Both the position numbers and the translations under genes were made by a program. This document shows, one piece after another, positions 26,670 to 35,932 of a stretch of DNA of 64,000 nt. Source of the DNA: Candidatus Aldehydirespirator sp. (lineage in GTDB: Bacteria; Actinomycetota; Acidimicrobiia; Acidimicrobiales; Aldehydirespiratoraceae). The stretch lies in contig CBDCSK010000014.1 of the NCBI GenBank assembly GCA_965221605.1, positions 26,666-90,665 of the forward strand, given 5' to 3'. How positions within the stretch are numbered: the stretch's first letter is position 1; each line of letters opens with the position of its first letter. The notes beneath the pieces were generated by a model. It was given only the letters and a program-made list of their open reading frames with translations, was not told the DNA's origin and made no database searches.

Positions 26670-26767
26670 GAACGCTCGAATATCCCGAGTGCCGTCTCGG
26701 TGCTGAGGTTGCCGCAGTGCACCCACCATCAACCGCTCACAAGCGTCGCCGCCCGCGGGGCGGGCCG

Positions 26768-26790
26768 GTGTAATCACAATGTGATTACAC
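26768..26790. promoter_or_regulatory. Perfect 11-bp inverted repeat; likely MazE operator
   Basis: GTGTAATCACA-A-TGTGATTACAC, ending 29 bp upstream of the mazE ATG (26819). GGGGAGG (Shine-Dalgarno-like) lies in between. Confidence 0.55.
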
Positions 26791-26818
26791 TGATGGTCTC
26801 TACTTCGGGGAGGCAGCG

Positions 26819-27088
26819 ATGGAAACGAAGCTGGTGAAGGTCGGCAACTCGAAGGGCGTCCGCCTGCCCAAAGCGCTGTTGGAGGAAGCCGGGCTCGACG
26901 ACTTGGTGACGCTTCGGATCGTCGAGGGTGGCCTGCTCGTCGAGCCGCGGTCGGCCGTTAGAACCGGCTGGTCCGAGGCCGCACGGTCGGGCAGCGAACG
27001 AGGCGACGACACGGACGGCGATCTGTGGCCGCAGACGCGATTCGACGACGCTGAATGGGAATGGGAGCGGCCAGGGGCTGAAGCGTGA
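26819..27088 (+). CDS. mazE: AbrB/MazE/SpoVT-family antitoxin
   Basis: KLVKVGNSKGVRLPKALLEEAGL swapped-hairpin motif and an acidic tail. GTGA overlap with mazF. Confidence 0.85.
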   Translation: METKLVKVGNSKGVRLPKALLEEAGLDDLVTLRIVEGGLLVEPRSAVRTGWSEAARSGSERGDDTDGDLWPQTRFDDAEWEWERPGAEA

Positions 27089-27411
27089 CGACACCGGCAC
27101 GCGGCGAGGTGCACCTGTGCGTGCTGGATCCGACCATCGGTACGGAGATCCGCAAGACCCGGCCCGTGCTGGTGGTGTCCCCCGACGAGTTGAACGAGCA
27201 TTGGCGCAGCTGCCTGGTCGCACCGATGACCACCGGAAGCCACCCCTACCCGTTCCGGGTCTCATGCACCTTCGACGGAACCAACGGCCACATCGTCGTC
27301 GATCAGATCCGCGCCGTCGACAAGACTCGGCTGATTCGACATCTCGGGCGCCTCTCGCCGTCAACGATGACGCAGGTCCTGGCAGTGGCCCGCGAGATGT
27401 TCGCAGAGTGA
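27085..27411 (+). CDS. mazF: MazF/PemK-family toxin
   Basis: ARGEVHLCVLDPTIGTEIRKTRPVLVVSPDE signature. Confidence 0.85.
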   Translation: MTTPARGEVHLCVLDPTIGTEIRKTRPVLVVSPDELNEHWRSCLVAPMTTGSHPYPFRVSCTFDGTNGHIVVDQIRAVDKTRLIRHLGRLSPSTMTQVLAVAREMFAE

Positions 27412-27455
27412 GACAGCGCCATGGACCATTCGCGGTCGCCTGCTCGCTCAGCCTG

Positions 27456-28547
27456 CTAGAGCACGAAACGCCGACGGAGCCAGTCGGCCAGCAGCGGGTC
27501 GACGATCCCCATCTGCTTGCCTCGTCGGGTCAGAACGCCCTTGCCGATGAGCGACGTCGCGGCGTCGCGTGCTGTGGCCGGCGGCAGGTCGAGCAGTTCG
27601 GCCGCCCGCCCGTAGATGCTGTCACCTGCGGCGATGGCCCTCAGGGTGCGCCTCTGACCTGAGGGCAGCAGCTCGAAAATGCGCTCGGAGGCAGCGTCGG
27701 TGCTGTTGCGAACCTCGGCCAGCGCCGCTTCCCAGACGGCGAGGTCAGCAGCCACCCCAGGCTCGGTCAGTCGCCAGACGGCGTCGGCGAGCTGCATGGC
27801 CCGCTGGGGGTGGCCGCCGGCCAGGGCCACCAAACGGCCTGCCGCGTCTCCAACGTCACGACCGGTTCGGGCGAACCCCGCCTCGATGATTCTCAGCACA
27901 GCCTCATCGCCGAGGGGACCGATCTCGATGAGGTCGGCCTGAGCGAAGAAGGGCTGGGACTGCTCACTGAACAGGGTCCGCATCGTCGACGGCTCGGACC
28001 CCGCGAAGACGATGCCAAGCGACTGGTAATGGTGCTGCAGCGCGGTCCTCAGCACCCCGGCGCCGCCTTCGACGCCGGCGATTCCTGAGAACTCGTCGAT
28101 GACTACGAAGATGTCGTGACGAGCAGCAGCCCTGGCCAGCACGTCGAGCATCGACCTCAGGGCCGGCACCGGGTCTGCTCTGCGACGGGGGCTTCGGGTC
28201 AGCTCCACGCTCAGCACACCGATCGAGAGCGAGACCGTCGCCGCGATCGAGTCGAGAGCCCGCCGCGCCGGACCGACCACGCCCGCCAGGCCCCGATCGA
28301 AGGCGGCTGCCAGATCAGCCATCGAAGCCATCTGGTACAGGTCGATCCACACCGGCTGGGGGCCGACAGCCTCGAGGTCTGCCGCCACCCGCTTGAGCAG
28401 GCTGGTCTTGCCGTAGCGGCGAGGCCCGACCAGAGCGGTGAGCCGCCGATCCGATATGCGCTGCGCGATGTCGATGGCCAGGTTCTCGCGTCCGGACACC
28501 TGCTCGGGCCGCAGCGGCCCGTGGTAGGGGAACGGGCTAGCGCTCAC
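27456..28547 (-). CDS. AAA ATPase (archaeal-ATPase/COG1672-like) with a C-terminal winged-helix region
   Basis: Walker A LVGPRRYGKTSLL and Walker B IFVVIDEFSGI. The C-terminal ...LPSGQRRTLRAIAAG...ATSLIGKGVLTR is wHTH-like. GTG start at 28545-28547. Confidence 0.7.
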   Translation of the reverse strand: MSASPFPYHGPLRPEQVSGRENLAIDIAQRISDRRLTALVGPRRYGKTSLLKRVAADLEAVGPQPVWIDLYQMASMADLAAAFDRGLAGVVGPARRALDSIAATVSLSIGVLSVELTRSPRRRADPVPALRSMLDVLARAAARHDIFVVIDEFSGIAGVEGGAGVLRTALQHHYQSLGIVFAGSEPSTMRTLFSEQSQPFFAQADLIEIGPLGDEAVLRIIEAGFARTGRDVGDAAGRLVALAGGHPQRAMQLADAVWRLTEPGVAADLAVWEAALAEVRNSTDAASERIFELLPSGQRRTLRAIAAGDSIYGRAAELLDLPPATARDAATSLIGKGVLTRRGKQMGIVDPLLADWLRRRFVL

Positions 28548-28558
28548 CGCGCCCAGTA

Positions 28559-28601
28559 TACTCGGGAAACCCGAGTAGAAAATACTCGAAAAAACCGAGT
28601 A
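28559..28601. promoter_or_regulatory. Two tandem palindromes (TACTCG...CGAGTA) upstream of the AAA ATPase gene
   Basis: TACTCGGG-AAA-CCCGAGTA (28559-28577) and TACTCG-N7-CGAGTA (28583-28601) lie 12-54 bp upstream of the start codon, in an A-rich stretch. Confidence 0.5.
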
Positions 28602-28813
28602 CAGGCCGTCAGTGCTCAGAGTTGGTCGAAGAGGCTGGGATGCGCACCTGTCATTCGATGATGGCGGCGCCGTCGCGGATGGAGCCGCCGATGGCGGCCT
28701 CGATCATCTCGATGCTCATGCCGGCGCCGAGCCCGCCGTCGACCCAATGGAGGCACCGGGTCGAACCGGGCTGCTGGACCGCCGGCGAGGCGCCGCTGGC
28801 GGAACTGCTGGCC

Positions 28814-28841
28814 GTATATACGTCCGTACAAGATTATATAC
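28814..28841. promoter_or_regulatory. Inverted repeat/A+T-rich box upstream of vapB
   Basis: GTATATA-N14-TATATAC, ending 9 bp before the GTG at 28850. Confidence 0.4.
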
Positions 28842-28849
28842 TGATTGTC

Positions 28850-29044
28850 GTGAGCAAGCACCTTGTAGACATCGACGAAGAGGCCCTCCATGCGGCCCGC
28901 GCAGAACTGGGGACTGACACAATCAAAGCAACAGTCAATGCTGCGCTCCGGGCCGCGGGCTCTCCTCGGGCCCCGCGGGTGGCCGCTGCCCTCGACCTGC
29001 TGGCCGACGCCGAACTGGCCGACCGTGAGAACGCATGGCGCTGA
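28850..29044 (+). CDS. vapB: VapB-family antitoxin (short, 64 aa)
   Basis: VSKHLVDIDEEALHAARAELGTDTIKATVNAALR matches the mycobacterial-type 'type II antitoxin VapB' N-terminus. It overlaps vapC by 10 nt. The upstream part of ORF 28622..29044 has no protein-like composition. Confidence 0.7.
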   Translation: MSKHLVDIDEEALHAARAELGTDTIKATVNAALRAAGSPRAPRVAAALDLLADAELADRENAWR

Positions 29045-29448
29045 CTCACCTGCTCGACACCAGCGTGCTGACTCGCCTCGCGCGACCCTCCATAAGGGCG
29101 GCAGTAGAGCCGCTCGCCGCTGAAGGCCGCGCCGCCCGGGCGGGGATCACCGACCTGGAGATCGGATTCTCGGCCCGGAACGCCGACGAGTGGGACAGGC
29201 TCGCCAGCAGCCTGTCGGAACTGCAACTGGTTGAGACCACCTCCGAACACCTGCGTCGGGCGCGCCAGACCCAGCGCATGCTGGCCGGGCAGGGTCTCCA
29301 GGGGCGCAAGATCCCCGACCTGCTGATCGCGGCTGCCGCTGAGCAGGAGCAACTCACTCTGCTGCACTACGACGCCGACTTCGATTTCATCGCCGCAGCA
29401 ACCGGCCAGAAGTGCGAGTGGATCGTGCCACGAGGATCCGTGGACTAG
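29035..29448 (+). CDS. vapC: VapC-type PIN-domain toxin
   Basis: LLDTSVL, ...TDLEIG..., PDLLIAAAAE and HYDADFD. Confidence 0.85.
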   Translation: MALTHLLDTSVLTRLARPSIRAAVEPLAAEGRAARAGITDLEIGFSARNADEWDRLASSLSELQLVETTSEHLRRARQTQRMLAGQGLQGRKIPDLLIAAAAEQEQLTLLHYDADFDFIAAATGQKCEWIVPRGSVD

Positions 29449-29700
29449 ATACTTCCGCCGCAGGCAGAGCCTGGCCCGACCCGACAAGGGGCCGGCACCC
29501 GACCTGCTGCTCAACCAACCTACGCGGTGTCGGCGCTCTACTACGTCCTTGAGTTCACGCGGTGGCCCCGATAGGCCCAAGTGGCCGCGGTGAGCATGAC
29601 CGCTGTGGCCGCGGCCCAGGCCCGGGCCATGCAAGCCGAACTCACCAGCACAGCGCGCCTCCCGGGCCGCCGCGGCATCAGCCGCCGGCAGGCTGTCCTC

Positions 29701-30822
29701 TCACTCCTGGGGTAGCAGGTAGATCTTGCCGCACTCCTTGGCTAGGGCGATCTCGAAGGCCTCGCCGGCCCGGCTCATGGGGAACGTGTGGGTGACGATG
29801 GTGTCGATCCAGCCCTGCACTCGCGGGTCACAGAGCATCCGCAGCAGGCCGTCGCGGTCGCGGAAGCGCACGTCGTGGCCGCCGGTCCAGTTGATGTGGC
29901 GCTCCATCAGGTCGTTGAGGATGCTCAGCGAGTAGAGCACCGAGCCCTCGTCGTGGCCCAGCGAGTACATCGTGCCGTAGCGGCGCAGCCCGGCCATGCA
30001 CCGGTCGAGGTAGTAGGGCACGCCGGCGCACTCGAAGGCCACGTCGGCGCCCTGCCGCCCGCCCGTGAGGGCGTGGACCTGCTCGAGCCAGTCTCCGTCG
30101 TCGGGGTCGATGATGTGCTGCACCCCCAGCCGGCGGCACAGCTCCATGCGGTACGGGTGCCGGCCCAGCACCACCACCATGGCCCCTCGGTACAGGGCAT
30201 TCACGATCGCGCCCAAGCCGATGAAGCCGACCGCGCCGATGAGCACCACGTCGCCCGGGCGCACGCCGGCCTCCTCGGCTGCGGTATAGGTGCAGCCCAG
30301 CAGGCAGTTGGCCGCCGCCGCGTGATGGAACGACAAGGCGTCGGGGATCAGCTGGACCATGTGCTCGGGCGCCAGCCGGTACTGCACCATGGCGAAACCG
30401 CCCGAGGCGCTGCCGTTGACCTTCTCGATGCCCAGCAGGCCCGCGGTGATGTCCTGGGGGGCCATCCCCTCCTCGTAGGACTCGTACGGGATGCCCAGGC
30501 AGTGCGTGGGCGACAGCCCCTGGGTGCACACGAAGCACTCACCGCAGGCGTTGGCCTGGTAGACGATCACCCGGTCGCCGACATCGAACCGCGATCCCGG
30601 CTGCGTCTCCACGATGGTGCCGACCCCCTCGTGGCCGAGGTGCTCGGGGCTGTCGTGCCACTCGAACTGGTGGTCGCGGTAGATGCGGCCCTCGTTGCAC
30701 ACCGGCGCCACCGCCACCTCGACGATCACGAAACCGGGCACAGCCACCGGGTACGGCTTGGTCGCCAGAGCCGCGGTGCGGGGCTCGGGGATGGTCAGAA
30801 CGGTGTTGGTCCTGTCGGGCAT
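29701..30822 (-). CDS. Zinc-dependent alcohol dehydrogenase (MDR) family
   Basis: GHEGVGTIVE, CGECFVCTQG and GAVGFIGLG. It lies 5 bp downstream of livF on the same strand. Confidence 0.85.
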   Translation of the reverse strand: MPDRTNTVLTIPEPRTAALATKPYPVAVPGFVIVEVAVAPVCNEGRIYRDHQFEWHDSPEHLGHEGVGTIVETQPGSRFDVGDRVIVYQANACGECFVCTQGLSPTHCLGIPYESYEEGMAPQDITAGLLGIEKVNGSASGGFAMVQYRLAPEHMVQLIPDALSFHHAAAANCLLGCTYTAAEEAGVRPGDVVLIGAVGFIGLGAIVNALYRGAMVVVLGRHPYRMELCRRLGVQHIIDPDDGDWLEQVHALTGGRQGADVAFECAGVPYYLDRCMAGLRRYGTMYSLGHDEGSVLYSLSILNDLMERHINWTGGHDVRFRDRDGLLRMLCDPRVQGWIDTIVTHTFPMSRAGEAFEIALAKECGKIYLLPQE

Positions 30823-30827
30823 GGCGA

Positions 30828-31550
30828 TCAGTCCTCCAGTGATTCGACACCCAGGTAGCTGGCGTCGAGCAGGGCACGGTCGGCCAGCAGGTCCGAGGCG
30901 GCTCCCTGCATCACCAGGTCGCCGTGGTTGAGCACGTAGCCCCGGTCGGACACCTCCAGGGCCAGGTCCACATGCTGTTCCACCAGCAGCACCCCGGCGC
31001 CGGTCTCATCGGCGATGCGGCGCACCACCGGCATCAGCTCCTCGTAGATGACGGGGGCCAGGCCCAGGCTCATCTCGTCGACCATCATCAGCTTGGGCTC
31101 GGCCACGATGGCCCGGCCGAGGACAAGCATCTGCTGCTCGCCGCCGCTGAGCAGCCCGCCCCGGCGGTTCATCAACGGGCCGAGGGCGGGGAAGAAGTCG
31201 ACGGCCCGGTCGATGTCGACCTTGCCGCTGGTCTTGGCCAGCTGGAGGTTCTCGCGCACGGTCAGCTGGTACAACAGGCCCCGGTTCTCAGGCACGTGGA
31301 TCACGCCCCAGCGGGCCACCCGGTGGGCCTGGCGCAGCCGCGGCACCGGCCGGCCCATGATGGCCACCGAGCCGTTCAGGATCTGGCCCATGCCCGAGAT
31401 CGTCATCAATGTGGTGGTCTTGCCCGCACCGTTGGGACCCAGCAAGGCCACCACCTCGCCCGCGTCGAGGTGCAGGCTCAGGCCGCGAACCACGGCCACG
31501 CCGTCGTAGCCGGTGTCGAGGTTCTCGATGGTCAGGAGACGCTCGCTCAT
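30828..31550 (-). CDS. livF: Branched-chain amino-acid ABC transporter ATP-binding protein (LivF-type)
   Basis: GPNGAGKTTT, LSGGEQQMLVLGRA, MVDEMSLGLAP. Confidence 0.85.
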   Translation of the reverse strand: MSERLLTIENLDTGYDGVAVVRGLSLHLDAGEVVALLGPNGAGKTTTLMTISGMGQILNGSVAIMGRPVPRLRQAHRVARWGVIHVPENRGLLYQLTVRENLQLAKTSGKVDIDRAVDFFPALGPLMNRRGGLLSGGEQQMLVLGRAIVAEPKLMMVDEMSLGLAPVIYEELMPVVRRIADETGAGVLLVEQHVDLALEVSDRGYVLNHGDLVMQGAASDLLADRALLDASYLGVESLED

Positions 31551-32308
31551 GACTCGGCCCCGCTATGGCCCAGGTAGGCCGCGATGACCTCTGGATCGTT
31601 GCGCATCTCGTCCGGGGTACCCGAGGCCGTCAACTGGCCGAACACCAGCATGTGGATGTAGTCGCACACGTTGAGCACCAGACCCATGTCGTGGTCTACC
31701 AGCAGCATGGTGTAGCCCTGATCCACAAGGTGCCTCAGCTGGGTGCCGAACCATTCGGTCTCGGCTTTGTCGAGACCGGCCGCGGGCTCGTCCAGCAGCA
31801 GGATCTTGGACGACTCCGCCACCAGGGCCCGCCCGACTCCCACCAGCTTGCGCTGCCCCTGGGACAGCTCGCGGGGCTGGCGCTCGGCGATGTCGCCCAG
31901 ATTGAGCAGGTCGAGCACCTCGTCGACGCGGTCGGCGCGCTGGCGGGGCCGCCAGTAGTCGAGCAGCGCGGAGCCCATCGTGAGGCGGCGGCTGGCCACG
32001 TCGAGGTTGGATCGCACCGTGATGTCGTCGAAGAGCTCGAGCGTCTGCCAGGTGCGGGTGAGTCCGTCGTGGGACAGCACATGGGGCGAGCGTCCGAAGA
32101 CCTCCTCGCCTTCGAGAAGCACCGACCCCACCGAGTTGTTGGGCAGGAAGCCGGTGATGGCATCGATGAAGGTGGTCTTGCCCGCCCCGTTGGGACCGAT
32201 CAGTCCGGTCAGCCGGCCCCGGCGGCACTCCAGCGACACCTCGTTGACGGCCAGCAGGCCGCCGAAGCGCACTGTGAGCCCGCTGGTGGCGAGAACGGTG
32301 TCAGACAT
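31547..32308 (-). CDS. livG: Branched-chain amino-acid ABC transporter ATP-binding protein (LivG-type)
   Basis: GPNGAGKTTF, LSQGQRKLVGVGRAL, LLDEPAAGL. Confidence 0.85.
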   Translation of the reverse strand: MSDTVLATSGLTVRFGGLLAVNEVSLECRRGRLTGLIGPNGAGKTTFIDAITGFLPNNSVGSVLLEGEEVFGRSPHVLSHDGLTRTWQTLELFDDITVRSNLDVASRRLTMGSALLDYWRPRQRADRVDEVLDLLNLGDIAERQPRELSQGQRKLVGVGRALVAESSKILLLDEPAAGLDKAETEWFGTQLRHLVDQGYTMLLVDHDMGLVLNVCDYIHMLVFGQLTASGTPDEMRNDPEVIAAYLGHSGAES

Positions 32309-34448
32309 CGGCGGCCTCCGTCACCCGGCGGCCCCATCGGCGGCCCAGCCACCGGCCCATCTGGTGGAACTGCCTGCGCTGGAATCCGTCGATGCCCTCG
32401 TTGTTGTAGACGGCGGTGCCGATCAGGAAGAACCCGGCCACATAGGCGGTGTAGGGCCCCACGTCGATGAACCACTCGTTGGTGACGACGATGCCGATCC
32501 CCTCCGAGAACAGCGTCCCCGCGGTGATGGCCCCGCCGATGGTGCTGATGCCGCCGAGGTAGGCGAAGGCGAGCACGGTCAACGAGGCAAAGATCCCGAA
32601 CGTGTCGGTGCCGTAGGTGCCCACGTTGAACGCGATGAGCGCACCGCCCAGAGCGGCGAAGACACTCGATATGGCGAACGCCGACAGCTTGATGGCGGCC
32701 ACGTTGACCCCGGCCGCGGCGGCGGCCCGCTCGTTGGCCCGCACGGCCAGCATCTGCTCGCCCAGGCGCGACCGTCGCAGCCGCATCACCGACACGCAGC
32801 ACAGCGCGCCCACCACCAGCAGGAACAGCCCGTACCCGCCGGTGGGGATCTTGCCGTCGCCGAAGATGAAGTCGCTGTTGGGCCCGAACTCGATGCCGAA
32901 CAGCACCGGCGGGTCGGTCGTCTTGACGCCCCGGTCGAGACCGAACCATCCGGGGCGCGAGAAGAAGATCTCACCCATGGCCAGTCCGCTGGCCAGCGTG
33001 ACGATGGCCAGGCTGGCACCCCGGGTCCGCAACGACGGGATGGCTGCGATCAGACCGAACCCGACACCGGCTGCCACCGCCAGCGGCAACGAGATGAACA
33101 GGGGCATCCCAGCCTGGGTGCCGAAGGAAGCCACCGAGAAGGCACCGATCCCGGCCAGGGCCATCTGCATCAGCGATATCTGGCCCACGTAGCCGGTCAC
33201 CACCACCAGCGACAGGGCCAGGATCACCCCGATCATGGAGTTCTGCATGCCGGCGCGGTACTGGAAGGGCGCGAACACCGTCAGCCAGAACGCCACCGCC
33301 AGCAGGACCCCGTACCCGACCATCCGGCCGCGGGTGATCCGGGGGACGTACGCCTCGGGCAGCCGCTCCACCGTGAGCGCGCCCCGCGACGGCAGCGACT
33401 CGCCCCGGGCCACCATGGCCAGCGCAATCACAACGAAGGGCAGAGCCCTGCGGATCCCGATGTCTGGTATCCAGTCCCACTCCAACTCCAGGCGGAAGAG
33501 CTCCTGGTCGACGACGCCCAGCATCAGGCCCGCGGCCGCGGCGATCACGAACGACGACATCCGTCCGATGAGCGCCGCTCCCAGCGAGGAGATGAGCAGC
33601 ACGGTGAAGAAGTTCGGGGTCACGCCGGTGATGGGCGCCACCAGGATCCCCACCAGACCGGCCAGCACCGAGGCCATCACCCAGCTGACGCCCGCCTGGA
33701 AGTCGGCGTTGAAGCCCAGCAGCGTGGTGAACCGTTCGTTCTCGGCTCCGGCCCGGGTGGCGATCCCGAAGCGGGTGAAGCGGAACAGCACCCACAACGC
33801 GGCGGTGATGACGATGACGGTGCCCAGCACCCAGAGGCGGTCCTGGCCGACCCGTGCCCCCAGGATGTCGACCGGATCGTCGGGGAAGATCGGCTCGGTC
33901 GCCTTGGCCCGTGCCCCGAAGCGCAGCACCACCGCGGCCTGCAGGAACAGCATGATCCCGACCGATGCGATCACCTTGGCCAGCACCGGGGCGTATCGCA
34001 GGGGGCGGAAGATGGCGAAGTGGGCGATGAGCCCGAGCACGGCGGCGGTGGCCAGCGCGATCAGCAGCGCGGGGGCCTTGCCCATCGAGTCGCCCAGGCT
34101 GATGAAGGTCGGGAAGTCGACTATCTCGATTCCTGCGATGCCCTCGATGGGTGCCAGCGGGTTGGGTATCGGCGGCACGGGGTACTGGCCGTCGCCGACC
34201 AGCGACACGTACACGTAGGTCACGTAGGTGGCGATGGCGCCGTGCCCGAAGTTGATGACCCCCGACGCCCGGAAGGCCACCACCAGCCCGATGGCCAGCG
34301 CGGCGATGATGGCGCCGGAACCGAGGCCGAACAGCACCGGGTCGAAGAACAGCTCCCTGCGGAGCCCGGCGCCGATGATCCATGCGAGCGCGAGAGCGCC
34401 GAGAACGGCAGCGCTGATCCGCTCGGCTGGAGACAGTCTGGCGATCAC
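32301..34448 (-). CDS. Fused LivH/LivM-type branched-chain amino-acid ABC permease (715 aa)
   Basis: There are two permease halves in one ORF: an N-terminal LivH-like INFGHGA motif and a C-terminal LivM-like half with GYVGQISLMQMA. Confidence 0.8.
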   Translation of the reverse strand: MIARLSPAERISAAVLGALALAWIIGAGLRRELFFDPVLFGLGSGAIIAALAIGLVVAFRASGVINFGHGAIATYVTYVYVSLVGDGQYPVPPIPNPLAPIEGIAGIEIVDFPTFISLGDSMGKAPALLIALATAAVLGLIAHFAIFRPLRYAPVLAKVIASVGIMLFLQAAVVLRFGARAKATEPIFPDDPVDILGARVGQDRLWVLGTVIVITAALWVLFRFTRFGIATRAGAENERFTTLLGFNADFQAGVSWVMASVLAGLVGILVAPITGVTPNFFTVLLISSLGAALIGRMSSFVIAAAAGLMLGVVDQELFRLELEWDWIPDIGIRRALPFVVIALAMVARGESLPSRGALTVERLPEAYVPRITRGRMVGYGVLLAVAFWLTVFAPFQYRAGMQNSMIGVILALSLVVVTGYVGQISLMQMALAGIGAFSVASFGTQAGMPLFISLPLAVAAGVGFGLIAAIPSLRTRGASLAIVTLASGLAMGEIFFSRPGWFGLDRGVKTTDPPVLFGIEFGPNSDFIFGDGKIPTGGYGLFLLVVGALCCVSVMRLRRSRLGEQMLAVRANERAAAAAGVNVAAIKLSAFAISSVFAALGGALIAFNVGTYGTDTFGIFASLTVLAFAYLGGISTIGGAITAGTLFSEGIGIVVTNEWFIDVGPYTAYVAGFFLIGTAVYNNEGIDGFQRRQFHQMGRWLGRRWGRRVTEAADV

Positions 34449-34533
34449 AAGGCCCCCTGCTGAGACGAGCCTAGCCGGGCCCTCGATGGGGCCCGGCTCG
34501 ACTCGACCTCAATGAGCGTGGGGGTGCGGCGGG

Positions 34534-35932
34534 TCAGCCCAGCAGGAAGTTGAGCTCCGAGAAGTCCAGGAAGGTGAACCCGTCGGGAGCCGTCATCTGC
34601 CCGCCCGCGATGGTGACCATCAACGGAGAGGTGTTGCAGGCACCGAGCCACGGATCCGGGCCCGGGCAACTCAAATCGGGGAAGCCGGGAACATCGCTGC
34701 TGGAGTAGGTGCTGAGCGCGGCCAGCACAGACTCGGTGGTTGCGTCGGCGCCGCCGCCTGCGATGAGCAGGTCCCTGGCGATGACCGCTTGACCCAGCGC
34801 CCAGCCGCCGAGGCCGGCAGCCTGCACGCCCGCGCCGCCGTAGGTGTCCAGCACACGGTTGATCTCGTCGATCTCCGCGCCCCCGTCGACCGTGGGAGCG
34901 CTCGACACGATCGGGCCGGCCCAGCCGTCCAGCTCGCCCGACTCGACAAGATCCTGGCTCAGGCACAGATCGTTGCCGAAGAGGTGGCCCTCGTATCCGA
35001 CCGTCTCCACGCCATTGGCAGCCGCGGTGCACTGAGCGCCGTCGGCCAGGACGAACAGCCAGCCCTCGTTGCCGGTGTCGGCCGCGGACACCGGCCCGGT
35101 CAGGTCAGGCTCGAACCCCAGATAGATGGTCTCGGTGATCGTGATCCCGTTGCTCTCGCCGATGGCGTACAGCGCCGGTTCGAACGGTGCGATGGCCGGG
35201 TCGTCGGCCAGGAACAGCGACATGGTGGAGACATCGCGCTGATTCTTGGCGAACACGAAGAAGACCTGGGCCAGGCCGGGCAGACCGGGATCGAAGTTGT
35301 AGAGGTTGGGGGTGAGGTAGTCGATGAAGTCGTTGCCCAGTCCGAGGTTCGCCTTGCCGGCCTCGGCCAGGATGGTGCCCGACGCGATGCTGTTGGACAG
35401 GAAGCCGCTGTTGATGACCACGTGGATGTCGTCGGCGTTCACGAACTCGTTGGCGCAGGCAATGTGGGACTCCACCGCGTCGCCCGCACCGCAGACCTCC
35501 AACTCGATGGGGTGCCCGTTCACGCCGCCCAGCTCGGCGTTGAAGTAGTCGACGTAGGCCTGTACCACCGCGGGCACCTCGGGGAACGCCATGAGCTCCT
35601 CGACCTGGGCGATCAGCCCGATCTTGACCGGCTCCATCGACTCGTCGGCCATCATGGAATCGGACTCCTCCATGGGCTCCTCGGCCGGCTCCTCCCATGG
35701 GCTCCTCAGCGGGCTCCTCCATAGGCTCCTCCATGGACTCCTCGGCCGGCTCCTCCATGGGCTCCTCAGCGGGCTCCTCCATGGGCTCCTCGGCCGGTTC
35801 CTCCGCAGGCGCCGCCGGTGCAGGCTCATCCACGGCAGGAGCGTCATCCTCGTCGTCGCCGCAGGCCGCGGCGACGAGGGCGAAAGCAAGCAGGACTGCA
35901 GCCAGCACCCTCCAGCTGGACTTGGGACTCAT
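34534..35932 (-). pseudogene. Liv-type amino-acid-binding lipoprotein, frameshifted as sequenced
   Basis: AAGGAGG precedes ATG 35930-35932. The signal peptide and lipobox (MSPKSSWRVLAAVLLAFALVAAAC) and the acidic repeats are in one frame. The mature binding domain (ORF 34534..35889) is in another. The frames switch at ATGGGAGGAG, which is CCC 34694+1000 on the plus strand (35694-35696), where the other repeat copies read ATGGAGGAG. Confidence 0.8.
35665..35803 (-). repeat. In-gene tandem repeats encoding an acidic (E-E-P-A/M) linker
   Basis: Encodes EEPAEEPMEEPAEEPMEEPAEESMEEPMEEPAEEPM(E)EPAEEPMEE. The DNA shows near-identical 24-bp units (GAGGAGCCCATGGAGGAGCCCGCT...). Confidence 0.85.

Noticed and set aside
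28603-28813. A possible gene remnant in the 300-bp ATPase/vapB spacer. One minus-strand frame ends ...LHWVDGGLGAGMSIEMIEAAIGGSIRDGAAIIE*.
   Set aside because: The stretch is protein-like but short, with no start context and no family I can name. It may be a decayed C-terminal fragment, but this cannot be supported without a database search.
29449-29700. A 250-bp unassigned spacer after vapC containing a GTGGCCGCGG direct repeat. I checked it for a tRNA, small RNA or attachment site.
   Set aside because: I see no cloverleaf-compatible arms, no conserved tRNA T-loop sequence and no matching repeat elsewhere in the window. The overlapping ORF 29562..29795 has junk composition.
35640-35830. Regularly spaced short repeats that might suggest a CRISPR array.
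   Set aside because: The units are 24 bp, contiguous with no spacers, and in frame within a lipoprotein gene (acidic EEPAEEPM repeats). No cas genes are present.
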